64,000 bases of DNA from sequence record DRR723986_5306. One strand, 5' to 3'. Numbering within the stretch: the first letter of the stretch is position 1; the number at the start of each line of letters is the position of its first letter. Positions 28,356 to 38,719 of this stretch are shown here, in pieces. The notes below the pieces were generated by a model. The model saw only the letters and a list, made by a program, of their open reading frames with translations, searched no databases and was not told the DNA's origin. The translations under genes and the position numbers were made by a program.

Positions 28356-29225
28356 TCACTCTTCGCTTTTACTGCGGTTGTCAAAACGCGGCGGCTCATA
28401 GCGGTCAAACAGGCCGAAGGTGGCCTTGTTGATGAATGAGCCTTCCTGTTCGATACCGACTTCGCTGATGAAGTTGCCGTTCTTGTCCAGGTTGGGGTGG
28501 TCGGGGTAGTTCTTGCGCAATACGGCAAGTGACTGCTCGGCCAGATCATCCATGCCTAACAGCAGATAGGCTTGCACCATTACCGCTAGTGCATCGGGCA
28601 CTGCCGGTGTTTGCGGCAAATTTTCTATAACATAGCGCCCGCGGTTGGCCGCGGCCAAGTAGGCTTTGCGCTTGAAGTAGTAATTCGCCACATTGATCTC
28701 GTAGCGCGCGAGACGGTTGCGCAGGTAGATCATCCGGGCGCGAGCATCGTCTGCATACACGCTGTTCGGAAAGCGCTGTAGCAGCTGGCGAAAATCCTCA
28801 AAGGATTGGATCGCCGAACCCGGGTCGCGCTGAGTCATGTCAGTGGGGATGAAGCGTTCCAGCAGGCCCTCGCCCTCGGTGTAGTTCGAGAGGCCGCGCA
28901 TGTAGTAAGCGTAATCCACTTTCTCGTGCTGTGGGTGCAGGCGAATAAAGCGATCGGCAGCAGCGATCGCTGCCTCGTTGTCACCGCCGCGATAGTAGGC
29001 GTAGATAATCTCCAGCTGCGCTTGTTCGGCATAGGGGCCGAAGGGGTAGCGGCTTTCCAAAAGCTGCAGGTTCTGAATAGCCAGTGAAAAGTTCTTGCTG
29101 TTCAGGTAGCCTTGCGCGGTTTCGTATATCTCCCGCTCCGACAGTTCCTGTCGTTCAGGTTCGCTGGCGCAACCCGCGAGGGTGGCGATGAGAAGGAGTG
29201 CTAGGAGCTTGTTAAACGCTTTCAT
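28356..29225 (-). CDS. bamD: Outer membrane assembly lipoprotein BamD (ComL)
   Basis: Lipobox [32 protein letters not shown]; divergent from rluD. Confidence 0.96.
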   Translation of the reverse strand: MKAFNKLLALLLIATLAGCASEPERQELSEREIYETAQGYLNSKNFSLAIQNLQLLESRYPFGPYAEQAQLEIIYAYYRGGDNEAAIAAADRFIRLHPQHEKVDYAYYMRGLSNYTEGEGLLERFIPTDMTQRDPGSAIQSFEDFRQLLQRFPNSVYADDARARMIYLRNRLARYEINVANYYFKRKAYLAAANRGRYVIENLPQTPAVPDALAVMVQAYLLLGMDDLAEQSLAVLRKNYPDHPNLDKNGNFISEVGIEQEGSFINKATFGLFDRYEPPRFDNRSKSEE

Positions 29226-29322
29226 TTACCCGTTCCAAATGGCGGAAGAACCCCGCATTTGCGAGGGCCTGCTATTTAACCACAGCGTGTCAGTGGTATA
29301 AAGAAGGCCTCGGAGAATCACT

Positions 29323-30279
29323 ATGACAGAAACCATCAATCGCCAGGAAATCGTTCCCGCCGACCTCAACTATGCGCGTTTCGACCAGGCCGCCAGCGCC
29401 TTGTTCCCCGAATATTCGCGATCGCGCCTGCAAAGCTGGATAAAAGGCGGCCAATTAACGGCCAATCACAGCAGCTGCCGCCCTCGGGACAAGGTTCACG
29501 AAGGCGACGTGCTGACCCTGCAAGCGGAGCTGCAACCCGAGGGGCGTTTTGAGGCCGAGGCGATTGCGTTGGATATCGTCTATGAAGACGACGATATTAT
29601 GGTGATCAATAAGCCCGCTGGGCTGGTTGTTCACCCGGGTGCCGGTAATCCCAGCGGCACCCTGCTGAATGCCCTGCTCAGTCACTGTCCCAGTATTGAT
29701 AGCGTGCCGCGCGCGGGTATTGTTCACCGTCTCGACCGCGATACCACCGGGCTCATGGTGGTTGCCAAAACGCTGCAAGCCCACGCCGACTTGGTGGCGC
29801 AGCTGCAGGCGCGCGATGTTCACCGCGAATACGACGCCGTTGTGATGGGCAGCATGACCGGTGGGGGTAAGGTTGAGGAGCCAATGGGGCGTCACCCCCA
29901 GCAGCGCACAAAAATGGCGGTGGTGCAGTTTGGCGGCAAGGAGGCGATTACGCATTATCGCCTGCACAAACGTTATCGCGACCACTGCCATGTGCGCTGT
30001 TTTCTTGAAACCGGTCGCACCCACCAGATTCGTGTGCATATGGCCCATATTCGCCATCCTTTGGTGGGCGACGCCACTTATGCCGGTCGGCCGCGCCTGC
30101 CCAAAGGCGCGAGCGATGCGCTGGTGAATATGCTGCGCAGCTTTCCCCGGCAGGCGCTGCATGCCCGCAAACTCGAACTCGAGCACCCCATTAGTGGCGA
30201 TACCATGAGCTGGGAAGTGCCGTTGCCCGACGACATGCAAGCTCTGCTAGCCGTATTGGATGCCGAGGAAAAGTTGTGA
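29323..30279 (+). CDS. rluD: 23S rRNA pseudouridine synthase RluD
   Basis: S4 domain, INKPAGLVVHPGAG, GIVHRLDRDTTG, LETGRTHQIRVH, QALHA. Confidence 0.96.
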   Translation: MTETINRQEIVPADLNYARFDQAASALFPEYSRSRLQSWIKGGQLTANHSSCRPRDKVHEGDVLTLQAELQPEGRFEAEAIALDIVYEDDDIMVINKPAGLVVHPGAGNPSGTLLNALLSHCPSIDSVPRAGIVHRLDRDTTGLMVVAKTLQAHADLVAQLQARDVHREYDAVVMGSMTGGGKVEEPMGRHPQQRTKMAVVQFGGKEAITHYRLHKRYRDHCHVRCFLETGRTHQIRVHMAHIRHPLVGDATYAGRPRLPKGASDALVNMLRSFPRQALHARKLELEHPISGDTMSWEVPLPDDMQALLAVLDAEEKL

Positions 30280-31049
30280 TTCGCGCCGCATGGCCAGCGC
30301 CCGACAATGTGGTCGCGCTGACCACAACGCGGCACGCGCCAGCGGGCACTATCGGCGCCAGTGAAGGGGCGTATGCGGATTTTAATCTTGCCCAGCATGT
30401 TCACGACAAGCCGCTGGCGGTCGCCGCAAACCGCGCGGCGCTTTTCCACCAATTGCAGCCGCAGGGCTTGCGTCGTATTCAATGGCTGAACCAAACCCAC
30501 GGCACTGCCGTGTATCGATCTCAGGCCGATGTGCAAGCGCTGCCCGATGCCGACGCCGCCATCACAACTGACATCGGCCAGGCGCTGGCCGTATTAACCG
30601 CCGACTGCCTGCCGGTGTTGCTCTGCGACCGGTCAGGGCGTCAGGTGGCTGCTGTTCACGCAGGTTGGCGCGGTCTGTGTAGCGGTGTGGTCGCCAATGC
30701 CGTTGCCGCTTTTGATCGCCCCGCTCAGCAATTAATGGCGTGGTTGGGGCCGGCGATTTCCCCTAAACACTTTGAAGTTGGCGAAGAGGTGCTACAAGCG
30801 TTTGAGTGTGAATTTTCCGGCCCGGATACCGCGGCCATTCGCGCCGCCTTTGTGCCGGTAGACGGTCACGCTGGAAAATATCTCGCCGATTTGTATCAAT
30901 TAGCGCGGCTGCAATTGAAATCGCTCGGTGTCGACGCCATCTATGGAGGAGAGTACTGCACGGTGGCCGACGAGGATCTGTTCTACTCCTATAGGCGACA
31001 GCCCCAGTGTGGGCGCCAGGCCAGCATTATTCTGTTGCGCGACAACTAA
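30276..31049 (+). CDS. pgeF: Peptidoglycan editing factor / purine nucleoside phosphorylase PgeF (YfiH)
   Basis: WLNQTHG, ADA, LTADCLPV, HAGWRG, LGPAIS, YSYRR. Confidence 0.93.
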   Translation: MIRAAWPAPDNVVALTTTRHAPAGTIGASEGAYADFNLAQHVHDKPLAVAANRAALFHQLQPQGLRRIQWLNQTHGTAVYRSQADVQALPDADAAITTDIGQALAVLTADCLPVLLCDRSGRQVAAVHAGWRGLCSGVVANAVAAFDRPAQQLMAWLGPAISPKHFEVGEEVLQAFECEFSGPDTAAIRAAFVPVDGHAGKYLADLYQLARLQLKSLGVDAIYGGEYCTVADEDLFYSYRRQPQCGRQASIILLRDN

Positions 31050-31066
31050 AAATCTCTCCAGTCAGG

Positions 31067-31094
31067 CTTGAAAGCCAGCGAAGCATCCCCACCT
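31067..31094 (+). promoter_or_regulatory. Sigma32 (RpoH) promoter of clpB
   Basis: CTTGAAA-13 nt-CCCCACCT matches the RpoH consensus CTTGAAA-N13/14-CCCCATNT. Confidence 0.8.
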
Positions 31095-31169
31095 AATAAG
31101 TAGAAAGACCTTGTTAATAGTGCGGTTATCGCTCTGCGTGAGCTGGGCCGCATGGATGGAGAGCCGCGA

Positions 31170-33758
31170 ATGCGTATAGATCGATTTACCAACTCACTGC
31201 AAACCGCGCTGCAAGATGCCCAATCCTTGGCGCTGGGACGCGACCACCAATATATTGAAGCCGAGCACCTGTTGTCGGCGATGCTAAAACAGTCCGGCGG
31301 CGCGGTAAAACCTATGCTCAGCCAGGCGGGGGCGAATGCCGCTGCGCTGGACGCTGCGGTCAATGACGCCCTGGACAAGCTACCCCGTGTCGAGGGCAGC
31401 CCTGGCGATGTTCATGTGTCGCAGGGCCTGGTGCGGGTATTTAATATCAGCGACAAACTTTCCCAACAACGCGGCGATGCCTACATTTCCAGCGAGCTTG
31501 TGGTGTTGGCGATGCTGGAGTCAGCGACGTCGATTAGCAAAGTGATGAAAGAGGCTGGCATAGAGAAAAGCCGCCTTGAATCCGTGATAGAACAATTGCG
31601 AGGAGGGCAGTCGGTGAACGACGCATCGGCCGAGGAAAATCGTCAGGCCTTGGATAAATACACCATTGATCTGACCGAGCGCGCTGAGTCGGGCAAGCTG
31701 GATCCGGTGATCGGTCGCGACGATGAAATTCGCCGCACAATTCAAGTGTTGCAGCGCCGTACCAAGAACAACCCGGTGCTGATCGGCGAGCCGGGCGTGG
31801 GTAAAACCGCCATCGTTGAGGGCTTGGCGCAGCGCATTATTAACGGTGAGGTGCCCGAGGGCTTAAAAGACAAGCGCGTGCTGTCTCTGGATTTGGGTGC
31901 ACTGCTTGCCGGCGCCAAATTTCGCGGTGACTTTGAAGAGCGCCTGAAGTCGGTGCTTAACGAACTCGCCAAGGAAGAGGGGCGGGTCATCCTGTTTATT
32001 GATGAACTGCACACCATGGTCGGTGCCGGTAAAGCTGACGGTGCGATGGACGCAGGCAATATGCTCAAACCTGCGCTGGCGCGCGGTGAGCTGCACTGTG
32101 TGGGCGCCACAACCCTGGACGAATACCGCCAATACATCGAAAAAGATGCGGCGCTGGAGCGTCGTTTCCAAAAAGTCTTGGTGGACGAACCCTCTGAAGA
32201 GGACACCATCGCGATTCTGCGTGGCCTGAAAGAGCGCTATGAGGTGCACCACGGTGTCGACATTACTGACTCCGCTATTATTGCGGCGACCAAGCTGTCG
32301 CAGCGATACATCACCGACCGCCAGTTGCCGGATAAAGCCATCGACCTGATCGACGAAGCGGCCAGCCGTATTCGCATGGAGATCGACTCCAAGCCTGAGG
32401 TGATGGACAAGCTGGAGCGCCGTTTGATTCAACTGAAAATTCAGCGTGAAGCGGTGAAGAAAGACGACGATGAGGCGGCTAAGAAGCAACTCGCCTTGCT
32501 CAATGCCGATATCGATAAAGTGGAAAAAGAGTTCGCTGATCTCGACGAAGTTTGGAAGGCCGAGAAGGCGACCCTGCACGGCAGCGCGCAGATTAAGAGT
32601 GAGCTCGAGCAGGCTAAGCTGGACCTGGAGGCCGCGCGTCGCAGTGGCGACCTAACCAAGATGTCGGAGCTGCAGTACGGCGTGATCCCCGATATGGAAA
32701 AGCGTCTTGCATCGGCAGATGCCGCAGAGCACGGCGAAATGCAGCTGCTGCGTAACAAGGTCTCGGACGAGGAAGTCGCCGAGGTGGTATCGCGCTGGAC
32801 GGGTATTCCCATCAGCAAGATGCTGGAGGGCGAAAAAGACAAGCTGCTGCGCATGGAAGAAGCGCTGCACAAACGCGTTGTCGGGCAGAGCGAAGCGGTG
32901 GACGCCGTTTCCAATGCGGTGCGCCGCAGTCGCGCTGGCCTGAGTGACCCGAATCGCCCCAATGGCTCGTTCCTGTTCCTGGGGCCAACCGGTGTGGGTA
33001 AAACCGAGCTGTGCAAGGCGCTGGCAACCTTCCTGTATGACAGCGAAGAGGCAATGGTTCGTATCGATATGTCGGAGTTTATGGAGAAGCACTCCGTCGC
33101 TCGCTTAATTGGTGCGCCTCCGGGCTACGTTGGCTATGAAGAGGGCGGCTACCTTACTGAGGCGGTGCGTCGTCGCCCTTATTCGCTGTTGTTGCTGGAT
33201 GAGGTTGAAAAGGCTCACCCCGATGTGTTCAACATCCTGCTGCAGGTGCTCGACGATGGCCGCCTGACTGATGGTCAGGGCCGCACGGTGGATTTTCGCA
33301 ACACGGTGATTGTGATGACCTCGAACTTGGGTTCCGATGTGATCCAGGAAATGACGCGCGGCGGTAGCGACTACCCGGCGATTCGTTCCGCGGTGCTCGA
33401 CGTGGTATCCGGCCACTTCCGTCCAGAGTTTGTTAACCGCGTCGATGAGCTGGTGGTATTCGAGCCGCTGGGCAGAGAGCAAGTGCGTGAAATCGCGCAT
33501 ATCCAGCTGGGTATACTCAATAAACGGTTGGCAGAGCGGGAATTGTCACTGGTGCTCAGCGATGCGGTGATGGATCGCCTGGCGGATGTGGGCTTTGACC
33601 CCGTATTTGGTGCCCGCCCGCTCAAGCGTGCGATACAGCAACAGCTGGAAAACCCCTTGGCGCAGCGTCTGCTGCAGGGGGAGTTTACCCCGGGGCAGCA
33701 AATTCGCGCAGAAATTGATGGAGATCAACTGGCATTTAAGGCGGCTACGCTACAGTAG
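31170..33758 (+). CDS. clpB: Disaggregase ClpB
   Basis: Two AAA+ modules ([16 protein letters not shown]), coiled-coil middle domain, GARPLKR; start ATG 31170 (MRIDRFT). Confidence 0.98.
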   Translation: MRIDRFTNSLQTALQDAQSLALGRDHQYIEAEHLLSAMLKQSGGAVKPMLSQAGANAAALDAAVNDALDKLPRVEGSPGDVHVSQGLVRVFNISDKLSQQRGDAYISSELVVLAMLESATSISKVMKEAGIEKSRLESVIEQLRGGQSVNDASAEENRQALDKYTIDLTERAESGKLDPVIGRDDEIRRTIQVLQRRTKNNPVLIGEPGVGKTAIVEGLAQRIINGEVPEGLKDKRVLSLDLGALLAGAKFRGDFEERLKSVLNELAKEEGRVILFIDELHTMVGAGKADGAMDAGNMLKPALARGELHCVGATTLDEYRQYIEKDAALERRFQKVLVDEPSEEDTIAILRGLKERYEVHHGVDITDSAIIAATKLSQRYITDRQLPDKAIDLIDEAASRIRMEIDSKPEVMDKLERRLIQLKIQREAVKKDDDEAAKKQLALLNADIDKVEKEFADLDEVWKAEKATLHGSAQIKSELEQAKLDLEAARRSGDLTKMSELQYGVIPDMEKRLASADAAEHGEMQLLRNKVSDEEVAEVVSRWTGIPISKMLEGEKDKLLRMEEALHKRVVGQSEAVDAVSNAVRRSRAGLSDPNRPNGSFLFLGPTGVGKTELCKALATFLYDSEEAMVRIDMSEFMEKHSVARLIGAPPGYVGYEEGGYLTEAVRRRPYSLLLLDEVEKAHPDVFNILLQVLDDGRLTDGQGRTVDFRNTVIVMTSNLGSDVIQEMTRGGSDYPAIRSAVLDVVSGHFRPEFVNRVDELVVFEPLGREQVREIAHIQLGILNKRLAERELSLVLSDAVMDRLADVGFDPVFGARPLKRAIQQQLENPLAQRLLQGEFTPGQQIRAEIDGDQLAFKAATLQ

Positions 33759-33791
33759 ACCTGCGACAAAACATACCCACCCTTATCAATT

Positions 33792-33818
33792 GCCCGGCAC
33801 CCACCGGGCTTTTTTTTT
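33792..33818 (+). terminator. Intrinsic terminator of clpB
   Basis: GCCCGG-CACCCA-CCGGGC followed by 9 T. Confidence 0.8.
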
Positions 33819-33837
33819 GCCCTTTCCATTCATCTGG

Positions 33838-33863
33838 TGATCGAAACGCTGGTTCATAGCGTA
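33838..33863 (+). promoter_or_regulatory. Putative ECF sigma-factor promoter of the DUF4331 operon
   Basis: TGATC-17 nt-CGTA, about 50 nt upstream of the ATG and just past the clpB terminator. Confidence 0.45.
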
Positions 33864-33914
33864 CGCCGTAACGGTAAACAATTATAAAACCGTATACGAA
33901 ATCGAGGTGATATT

Positions 33915-35456
33915 ATGGGTTCCCCTGTCAAAAGTGGCCTGGCACTAGCTGTGCTCGGGACGATATTTAGTTCCCAAGTGCTAGCGTCAAGCCACCGAGA
34001 AGCGCCGTTCATAGCGTCTTCTCCCAAGGTCGACGGTACTGACTTCTACATGTTCCGCAGCTACGAGGCTGGGCGTGACGGATTCGTGACGTTGATCGCC
34101 AATTATCAGCCACTTCAAGACGCCTACGGTGGCCCAAATTACTTCACTATGGACCCGCAAGCGCTCTATGAAATTCACATAGACAATAATGGCGATGCCG
34201 TTGAGGACCTGACGTTTCAGTTCCAGTTCAGTAATGACTACGGTCAAGCGTCAGCGGCGGGGCTGATTGATGCGGGTAGAGTTAAAACCGGTGAGGACGA
34301 CCAGGGCAATGACATTTTGGTACAGGTCCCGTTAGCCGCCGTGGGCGGTGGCAGTGGCGCGAGTACGGGCTTGCTGAATGTAGTAGAGAGGTTCTCTGTG
34401 GAGCTGGTTTCCGGACCACGCCGCAGCGGTAACGCGACGCCGGTTTCGAATCTGGCTGATGGTTCCACAAGCTTCGTAAAGCCGGTGGACAATATCGGCA
34501 ACAAGACCATTCCTGACTACGAAGGCTACGCCTCGCAGTTCGTATACGATATTAATATTCCCGGGTGCATGTCTCCGGGCAAGATGTTTGTCGGCCAGCG
34601 CCAAGAAGGGTTTGTTGTAAACCTGGGTCAAGTCTTCGACCAAGTGAATCTCAACCCTCTGGGCGCTCGAGACAGCGCTTCAAATACAATCGCTGATAAA
34701 AACGTAACGTCGCTGGCGCTTGAGCTGCCGATCAGTTGTGTGACCGCTGGCAGCGAAACCGTTATTGGTGCCTGGACAACGGCAAGCAAGCCGCAGGCAC
34801 GATTGCTGAACTCCAAGCCCGTTGGGCCGACTGCCTCGGCTGACGGGCAGGGGCCCAGCGTGGAGGGTGGTGCCTGGACTCAGGTGTCTCGTCTGGGTAG
34901 CCCGCTAGTTAATGAAGTCGTCATCGGGATCACCGACAAAGATAAGTTTAACGCCAGCCACCCAAAAGATGATGTCGAAAACTTCGGCGCCTATGTGTTG
35001 TATCCCACATTACCAGTCTTGGTGGATGTTCTGTTCCCCGGTGCCACGGTCGTGCCCGACACTCCGCGAAGCGATTTGCTCGCGGCATTCGTGACCGGTG
35101 TTAACGGCCTGAACCAAGCCGCTGCCGCACAGCCTGGCGAAATGCTTCGCTTGAATACCGCGATTGCGCCAACGGCGTTAGTGAGCCAGGGGGAGTTGGG
35201 CTTTTTGGATTGTGACTTAGCGGGCTTCCCAAATGGGCGTCGCCCAGTCGATGATGTCGTCGACATTGCGTTAAGTGTTGCCGAAGGCGCGATTACCGCG
35301 GCCAACCCCAATGGCTTGCAGACATGCGATTTGTCAGGAGCAGCGCCAGCGGTGGTGAATGCTGGCGCCGTCGTCAATGACGGGGCGAAGCCCGACCGCT
35401 TTGATTACCTCGGCGGCTTCCCCTATCTCGCTACGCCCATTGCGGGCTCACCCTGA
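33915..35456 (+). CDS. DUF4331 domain secreted protein
   Basis: Signal peptide then SSHREAP..D.TD.Y.FRS, YEIHIDN.GD..ED, F.GQR.E.F, QVSRLG.PLVNEV, GFPNGRR..DDV.D, FPYL; GAGGTG RBS. Confidence 0.88.
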   Translation: MGSPVKSGLALAVLGTIFSSQVLASSHREAPFIASSPKVDGTDFYMFRSYEAGRDGFVTLIANYQPLQDAYGGPNYFTMDPQALYEIHIDNNGDAVEDLTFQFQFSNDYGQASAAGLIDAGRVKTGEDDQGNDILVQVPLAAVGGGSGASTGLLNVVERFSVELVSGPRRSGNATPVSNLADGSTSFVKPVDNIGNKTIPDYEGYASQFVYDINIPGCMSPGKMFVGQRQEGFVVNLGQVFDQVNLNPLGARDSASNTIADKNVTSLALELPISCVTAGSETVIGAWTTASKPQARLLNSKPVGPTASADGQGPSVEGGAWTQVSRLGSPLVNEVVIGITDKDKFNASHPKDDVENFGAYVLYPTLPVLVDVLFPGATVVPDTPRSDLLAAFVTGVNGLNQAAAAQPGEMLRLNTAIAPTALVSQGELGFLDCDLAGFPNGRRPVDDVVDIALSVAEGAITAANPNGLQTCDLSGAAPAVVNAGAVVNDGAKPDRFDYLGGFPYLATPIAGSP

Positions 35457-35476
35457 ACAATACGAGGACTTTACTT

Positions 35477-35695
35477 ATGAAAAAGCGACTCGTAATAGCA
35501 ATTGTGGCGGCAGCGGTGTCGGCGTGCTCACTTGACGACGACGGCGATGGACCTGCGCAAGCCAAGCGCGATGGCGTCTTTGCTGTCACTTTTGCACAGG
35601 CCTTTTCTCAGGAGCCAAATGACGCGCCTGTGGAGGTCAACGATATTAAGCCTGAAACACTGGATAAACAGTCTTTCGACGGCTTTATTCGCTAG
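35477..35695 (+). CDS. Small acidic lipoprotein, hypothetical
   Basis: MKKRLVIAIVAAAVSA|C lipobox, GAGGA RBS, co-directional inside the operon. Confidence 0.75.
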   Translation: MKKRLVIAIVAAAVSACSLDDDGDGPAQAKRDGVFAVTFAQAFSQEPNDAPVEVNDIKPETLDKQSFDGFIR

Positions 35696-35712
35696 CCAGT
35701 CTACTGGCAGGC

Positions 35713-35736
35713 AGGGGCAGCTGAGCTGCCCCTTTT
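35713..35736 (+). terminator. Intra-operon hairpin (partial terminator or mRNA stabiliser)
   Basis: AGGGGCAGC-TGA-GCTGCCCCT followed by TTT. Confidence 0.55.
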
Positions 35737-35753
35737 ACTATTGAGTAAATAAT

Positions 35754-36860
35754 ATGAAAGGACTCATCCTTACCGCTTTTATCGGCTTTTTTAGCGCGAG
35801 TATATACGCCTTCCCCGCCGCGTCCTGGCCCGCGCCGAGTACCGAACTAATTACCGTTGAGGCTAAGACTGAGTCTGTGGATAGGTCGGATCGACCGCCT
35901 GCAGAGCAGCTGGCTCAGGTGCAAGATTATCTTCAGCAATACCGGCGTGAGGGTAACCCCCGGCGATTGGGCGAGGCCAGCGGCGTATTAGCCAAATTAG
36001 AGCCGCCTACGACGCTTTCTCCTCTTCTGAAATGGCGGTTTCACTTTTTAACGGCTCAAATTGCTGAGAGCCTTCACAAGTTTGACGAGGCCCAGCGAGG
36101 TCTCGAAAGTGCATGGCAAGTGCTTAGCAATGCAGGCGAGGCTGAAGTCGGTGACCCCTACGAGCAAACGCTGCTTGCACTCATGAATTTGGCCGTTGTG
36201 CGAGGTGAATACAACGCCGCGACATCGCACTGTGAGCAACTGGGCGTGGTCAGTCCATCGCTGTATTCCCAAGCATGCCGCGAATACTTGCGTGGTCTCA
36301 ACAGTGATATTGAGCAAGCTTTCGAGGCGCTGCAAGGTCTCGTAAGAGCAAAAATGCTGCAAGGCACGGGCCCCGAATTACACTGGTCATTGGTCAGCCT
36401 AGCTGACTTGGCTGACCGGGGGCGCCGTGCAGATGCGCTCTCGCTATGGCGCTCCGCCGCTGCGCTATCGCCAGGTGATCAATACGTGCGTGATCGTTTT
36501 TGCCTTGCGGCATTGCAGCAGCGTGAGTACGCGTTGGTACTGGAGATCAGCGAGGGAGCGCTCTCAGATGGTGTACTCACTTGTCGCGCGGTCGCGCTTA
36601 AAAGTCTGGCAGCAATCAACGCAGTGGATCACAAAAAGCAGTATTTACAGCTCAAGGAAGAGCTTCTCGAAAAGTTTGAGGATGCTCAATGGCGCGGGGA
36701 GCGGCTCCACAAGCGTGCTTATGCGCACTTTTTGCTCGATGTTGTCGACAAGCCGCAACTGGCTTTGCGTGTTGCTAACAGCAATTGGCAAGAGCAGCGT
36801 GAGTGGCCGGACGAACAGTTACTGGCGCGCAGTCGGTCGGCGGGGGGAGCACAACAATGA
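35754..36860 (+). CDS. Secreted TPR-like alpha-helical repeat protein
   Basis: Signal peptide; helical repeats (GNPRRLGEA, A.I.ESLHKFDEA, VRGEYNAA, AL..A..NW..QRE..D). Confidence 0.75.
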   Translation: MKGLILTAFIGFFSASIYAFPAASWPAPSTELITVEAKTESVDRSDRPPAEQLAQVQDYLQQYRREGNPRRLGEASGVLAKLEPPTTLSPLLKWRFHFLTAQIAESLHKFDEAQRGLESAWQVLSNAGEAEVGDPYEQTLLALMNLAVVRGEYNAATSHCEQLGVVSPSLYSQACREYLRGLNSDIEQAFEALQGLVRAKMLQGTGPELHWSLVSLADLADRGRRADALSLWRSAAALSPGDQYVRDRFCLAALQQREYALVLEISEGALSDGVLTCRAVALKSLAAINAVDHKKQYLQLKEELLEKFEDAQWRGERLHKRAYAHFLLDVVDKPQLALRVANSNWQEQREWPDEQLLARSRSAGGAQQ

Positions 36861-37924
36861 GTCGATGGTTTGTTCTCTTTCTTTGCTTTGCCAGTACCAG
36901 CTTATTTGCGCATAAAAATAGTGATAGTTATCTGTATATCGCTTCGGAGCAATGGCGGCTCGATATCGCAGTGGAAGATCTGCAGCGAATTTACAATCTA
37001 GATACAAACCCGGTGGATGGACGGGTGACAGCCAAGGAGCTTCGCGGTGCGGCGATGGGGCTTGAGGCATCTATTCTAAAAGGTATCCGTGTAACGCGGG
37101 AAGGCGGCGATTGCCCCCTCAAATTACAGCGCCTGGGCGTAGCGAGCCACAGCGGCGAGTACTATGCAGCATGGGGGCTTAAGTCACCTTGTTTTGCTGA
37201 ACCAGATAGGCTGGCGCTGAATTACGACTTGCTCTTTGATGTCGATCCACTTCACAGGCTGCTCTACCGAAATGATGTGGCAGAGCAGCCGCTACTCGGT
37301 GTACTGACACCTTCCGAAAGTGCCCTGACTTTGCAGTCTCATGGGCCCTGGGCGACCGTTTCCGCCTTCTTCAAGGAAGGTGTCCTGCACATGGTGTTGG
37401 GCTATGACCACCTTCTTTTCTTGTTGGCTTTGCTATTGCCTCTGGTGAGGACATCCTCCTCAGATGAGTCGCTTAGACCGTTGCTATGGCGCTGCGCAGG
37501 TGTTGTGACGGCTTTTACGGTTTCTCACAGTATTACGTTAACTGCAGCAACCCTGGGGTGGTGGCAGCTACCCATCCAGCCTGTTGAAATCGTCATCGCG
37601 CTATCAATAAGCGTTGCGGCGTTGGCCGCCTTGGTCGGCGAGCGCCACCGGTTTCAATGGCAGCTGGCGGGGGTGTTTGGGCTCATTCACGGCTTTGGCT
37701 TTGCCAGCATGTTGGTCGGGTTAATGGATGAGGGCAGCAGTGCGGTTCTGGCATTAGCCAGTTTCAATATTGGTGTGGAGGCTGCGCAATTAGCGGTAAC
37801 GGTGGCTCTGGTACCGCTTCTGGTGTACTGCCAGAAAAAGCCCCTTTATACCCGCTGGGGATATCCCGCGGTATTACTTGCGGTTGCCGCCACAGGACTG
37901 TGGTGGGCGTGGCAACGTGTTTAA
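36857..37924 (+). CDS. HupE/UreJ-family membrane protein with N-terminal periplasmic domain
   Basis: Signal ending LFA|HKNSDSY; HMVLGYDHLLFL, FTVSHSITL, FGLIHGFGFA, FNIGVE; ATGA overlap with the TPR gene. Confidence 0.88.
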   Translation: MSRWFVLFLCFASTSLFAHKNSDSYLYIASEQWRLDIAVEDLQRIYNLDTNPVDGRVTAKELRGAAMGLEASILKGIRVTREGGDCPLKLQRLGVASHSGEYYAAWGLKSPCFAEPDRLALNYDLLFDVDPLHRLLYRNDVAEQPLLGVLTPSESALTLQSHGPWATVSAFFKEGVLHMVLGYDHLLFLLALLLPLVRTSSSDESLRPLLWRCAGVVTAFTVSHSITLTAATLGWWQLPIQPVEIVIALSISVAALAALVGERHRFQWQLAGVFGLIHGFGFASMLVGLMDEGSSAVLALASFNIGVEAAQLAVTVALVPLLVYCQKKPLYTRWGYPAVLLAVAATGLWWAWQRV

Positions 37925-37933
37925 CAGAGGGCG

Positions 37934-38380
37934 TTATTCGCAGTGCACTTTAATCGCGTCTTGAGCACGCAGTTTTTGCACTTCAATCTCTTCCTGCGTC
38001 AGGTAGCGGACTTCGCCATTCTTCCCGGTTGCGCGAATTCGCGCCCCGGCGGCATTCAGGGATTGCATATTGCTCTTCGCCTGCTGGCAAATCGCCGGGT
38101 CCTTGGGCGGAAGCACTTCCATTTTTGCGTCCGGCGCTAAGTCCTGCTCGGACTCAGGTGGGGGCGTTGCTGAATCGTTAGCGCTTTCAGTCGCGGCTGA
38201 GCGTTTGCCGGTTTGCGATTCGATAAACTCGTAAGCTTTGCCTACCGGGGGTTTTTGGCTGAAGTGCACCTCGCCCTCTGCATCGGTCCAACGGTAGTAA
38301 CCGGACTTGGCCGCAAGGGCGGCGTGGCTGGTCAATAAGCTCACACTTATCAGAGATAAAAACAGCAAATTTCTGCGCAT
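37934..38380 (-). CDS. DUF4124 domain secreted protein
   Basis: Signal peptide then YYRWTDAEGEVHFSQKPP; Cys pair; divergent from ilvI; start moved to ATG 38380. Confidence 0.85.
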   Translation of the reverse strand: MRRNLLFLSLISVSLLTSHAALAAKSGYYRWTDAEGEVHFSQKPPVGKAYEFIESQTGKRSAATESANDSATPPPESEQDLAPDAKMEVLPPKDPAICQQAKSNMQSLNAAGARIRATGKNGEVRYLTQEEIEVQKLRAQDAIKVHCE

Positions 38381-38611
38381 ATTCAGCGGCCACAACAACA
38401 TAATTGATGGGCTGATTATGGCAGATTCTAGCGGGGCCGCAAAAAGCGCTGTCACAAAACCACAAAACAGCCAGATTGCCAGAAAAAACACGGTCTTGGC
38501 GCACCCATTGCCTTGACAAAAAACAGGTGAGGTTAAAAAATATACCGTCCTCCCAATTAGGGTGGCGATGGCTGTTTTCCGCGCTGCTTACCTGCGGCCA
38601 ATATACAGAGT

Positions 38612-38719
38612 GTGACTAAAGCTGTTGCACTGCTACTCAAGGTAGTTCCATTCACTCTGCAGACACATGACCTGTGTTGCGAGATTGCCCGCTTTGCGTA
38701 CCCCGCAAAGCAAAGATAG
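38612..38719 (+). CDS. Candidate ilv leader peptide (35 aa uORF)
   Basis: GTG start, MTKAVALLLKVVPFTL...; Val/Leu cluster including a CTA codon; RBS weak. Confidence 0.35.
   Translation: MTKAVALLLKVVPFTLQTHDLCCEIARFAYPAKQR

Noticed and set aside
29455-30240. 261-aa antisense ORF over rluD, and similar long shadow ORFs over ileS, nadE, clpB, ilvI and actP
   Set aside because: They lie opposite or out of frame with well-conserved genes, show no motifs, and are expected from GC-rich codon bias
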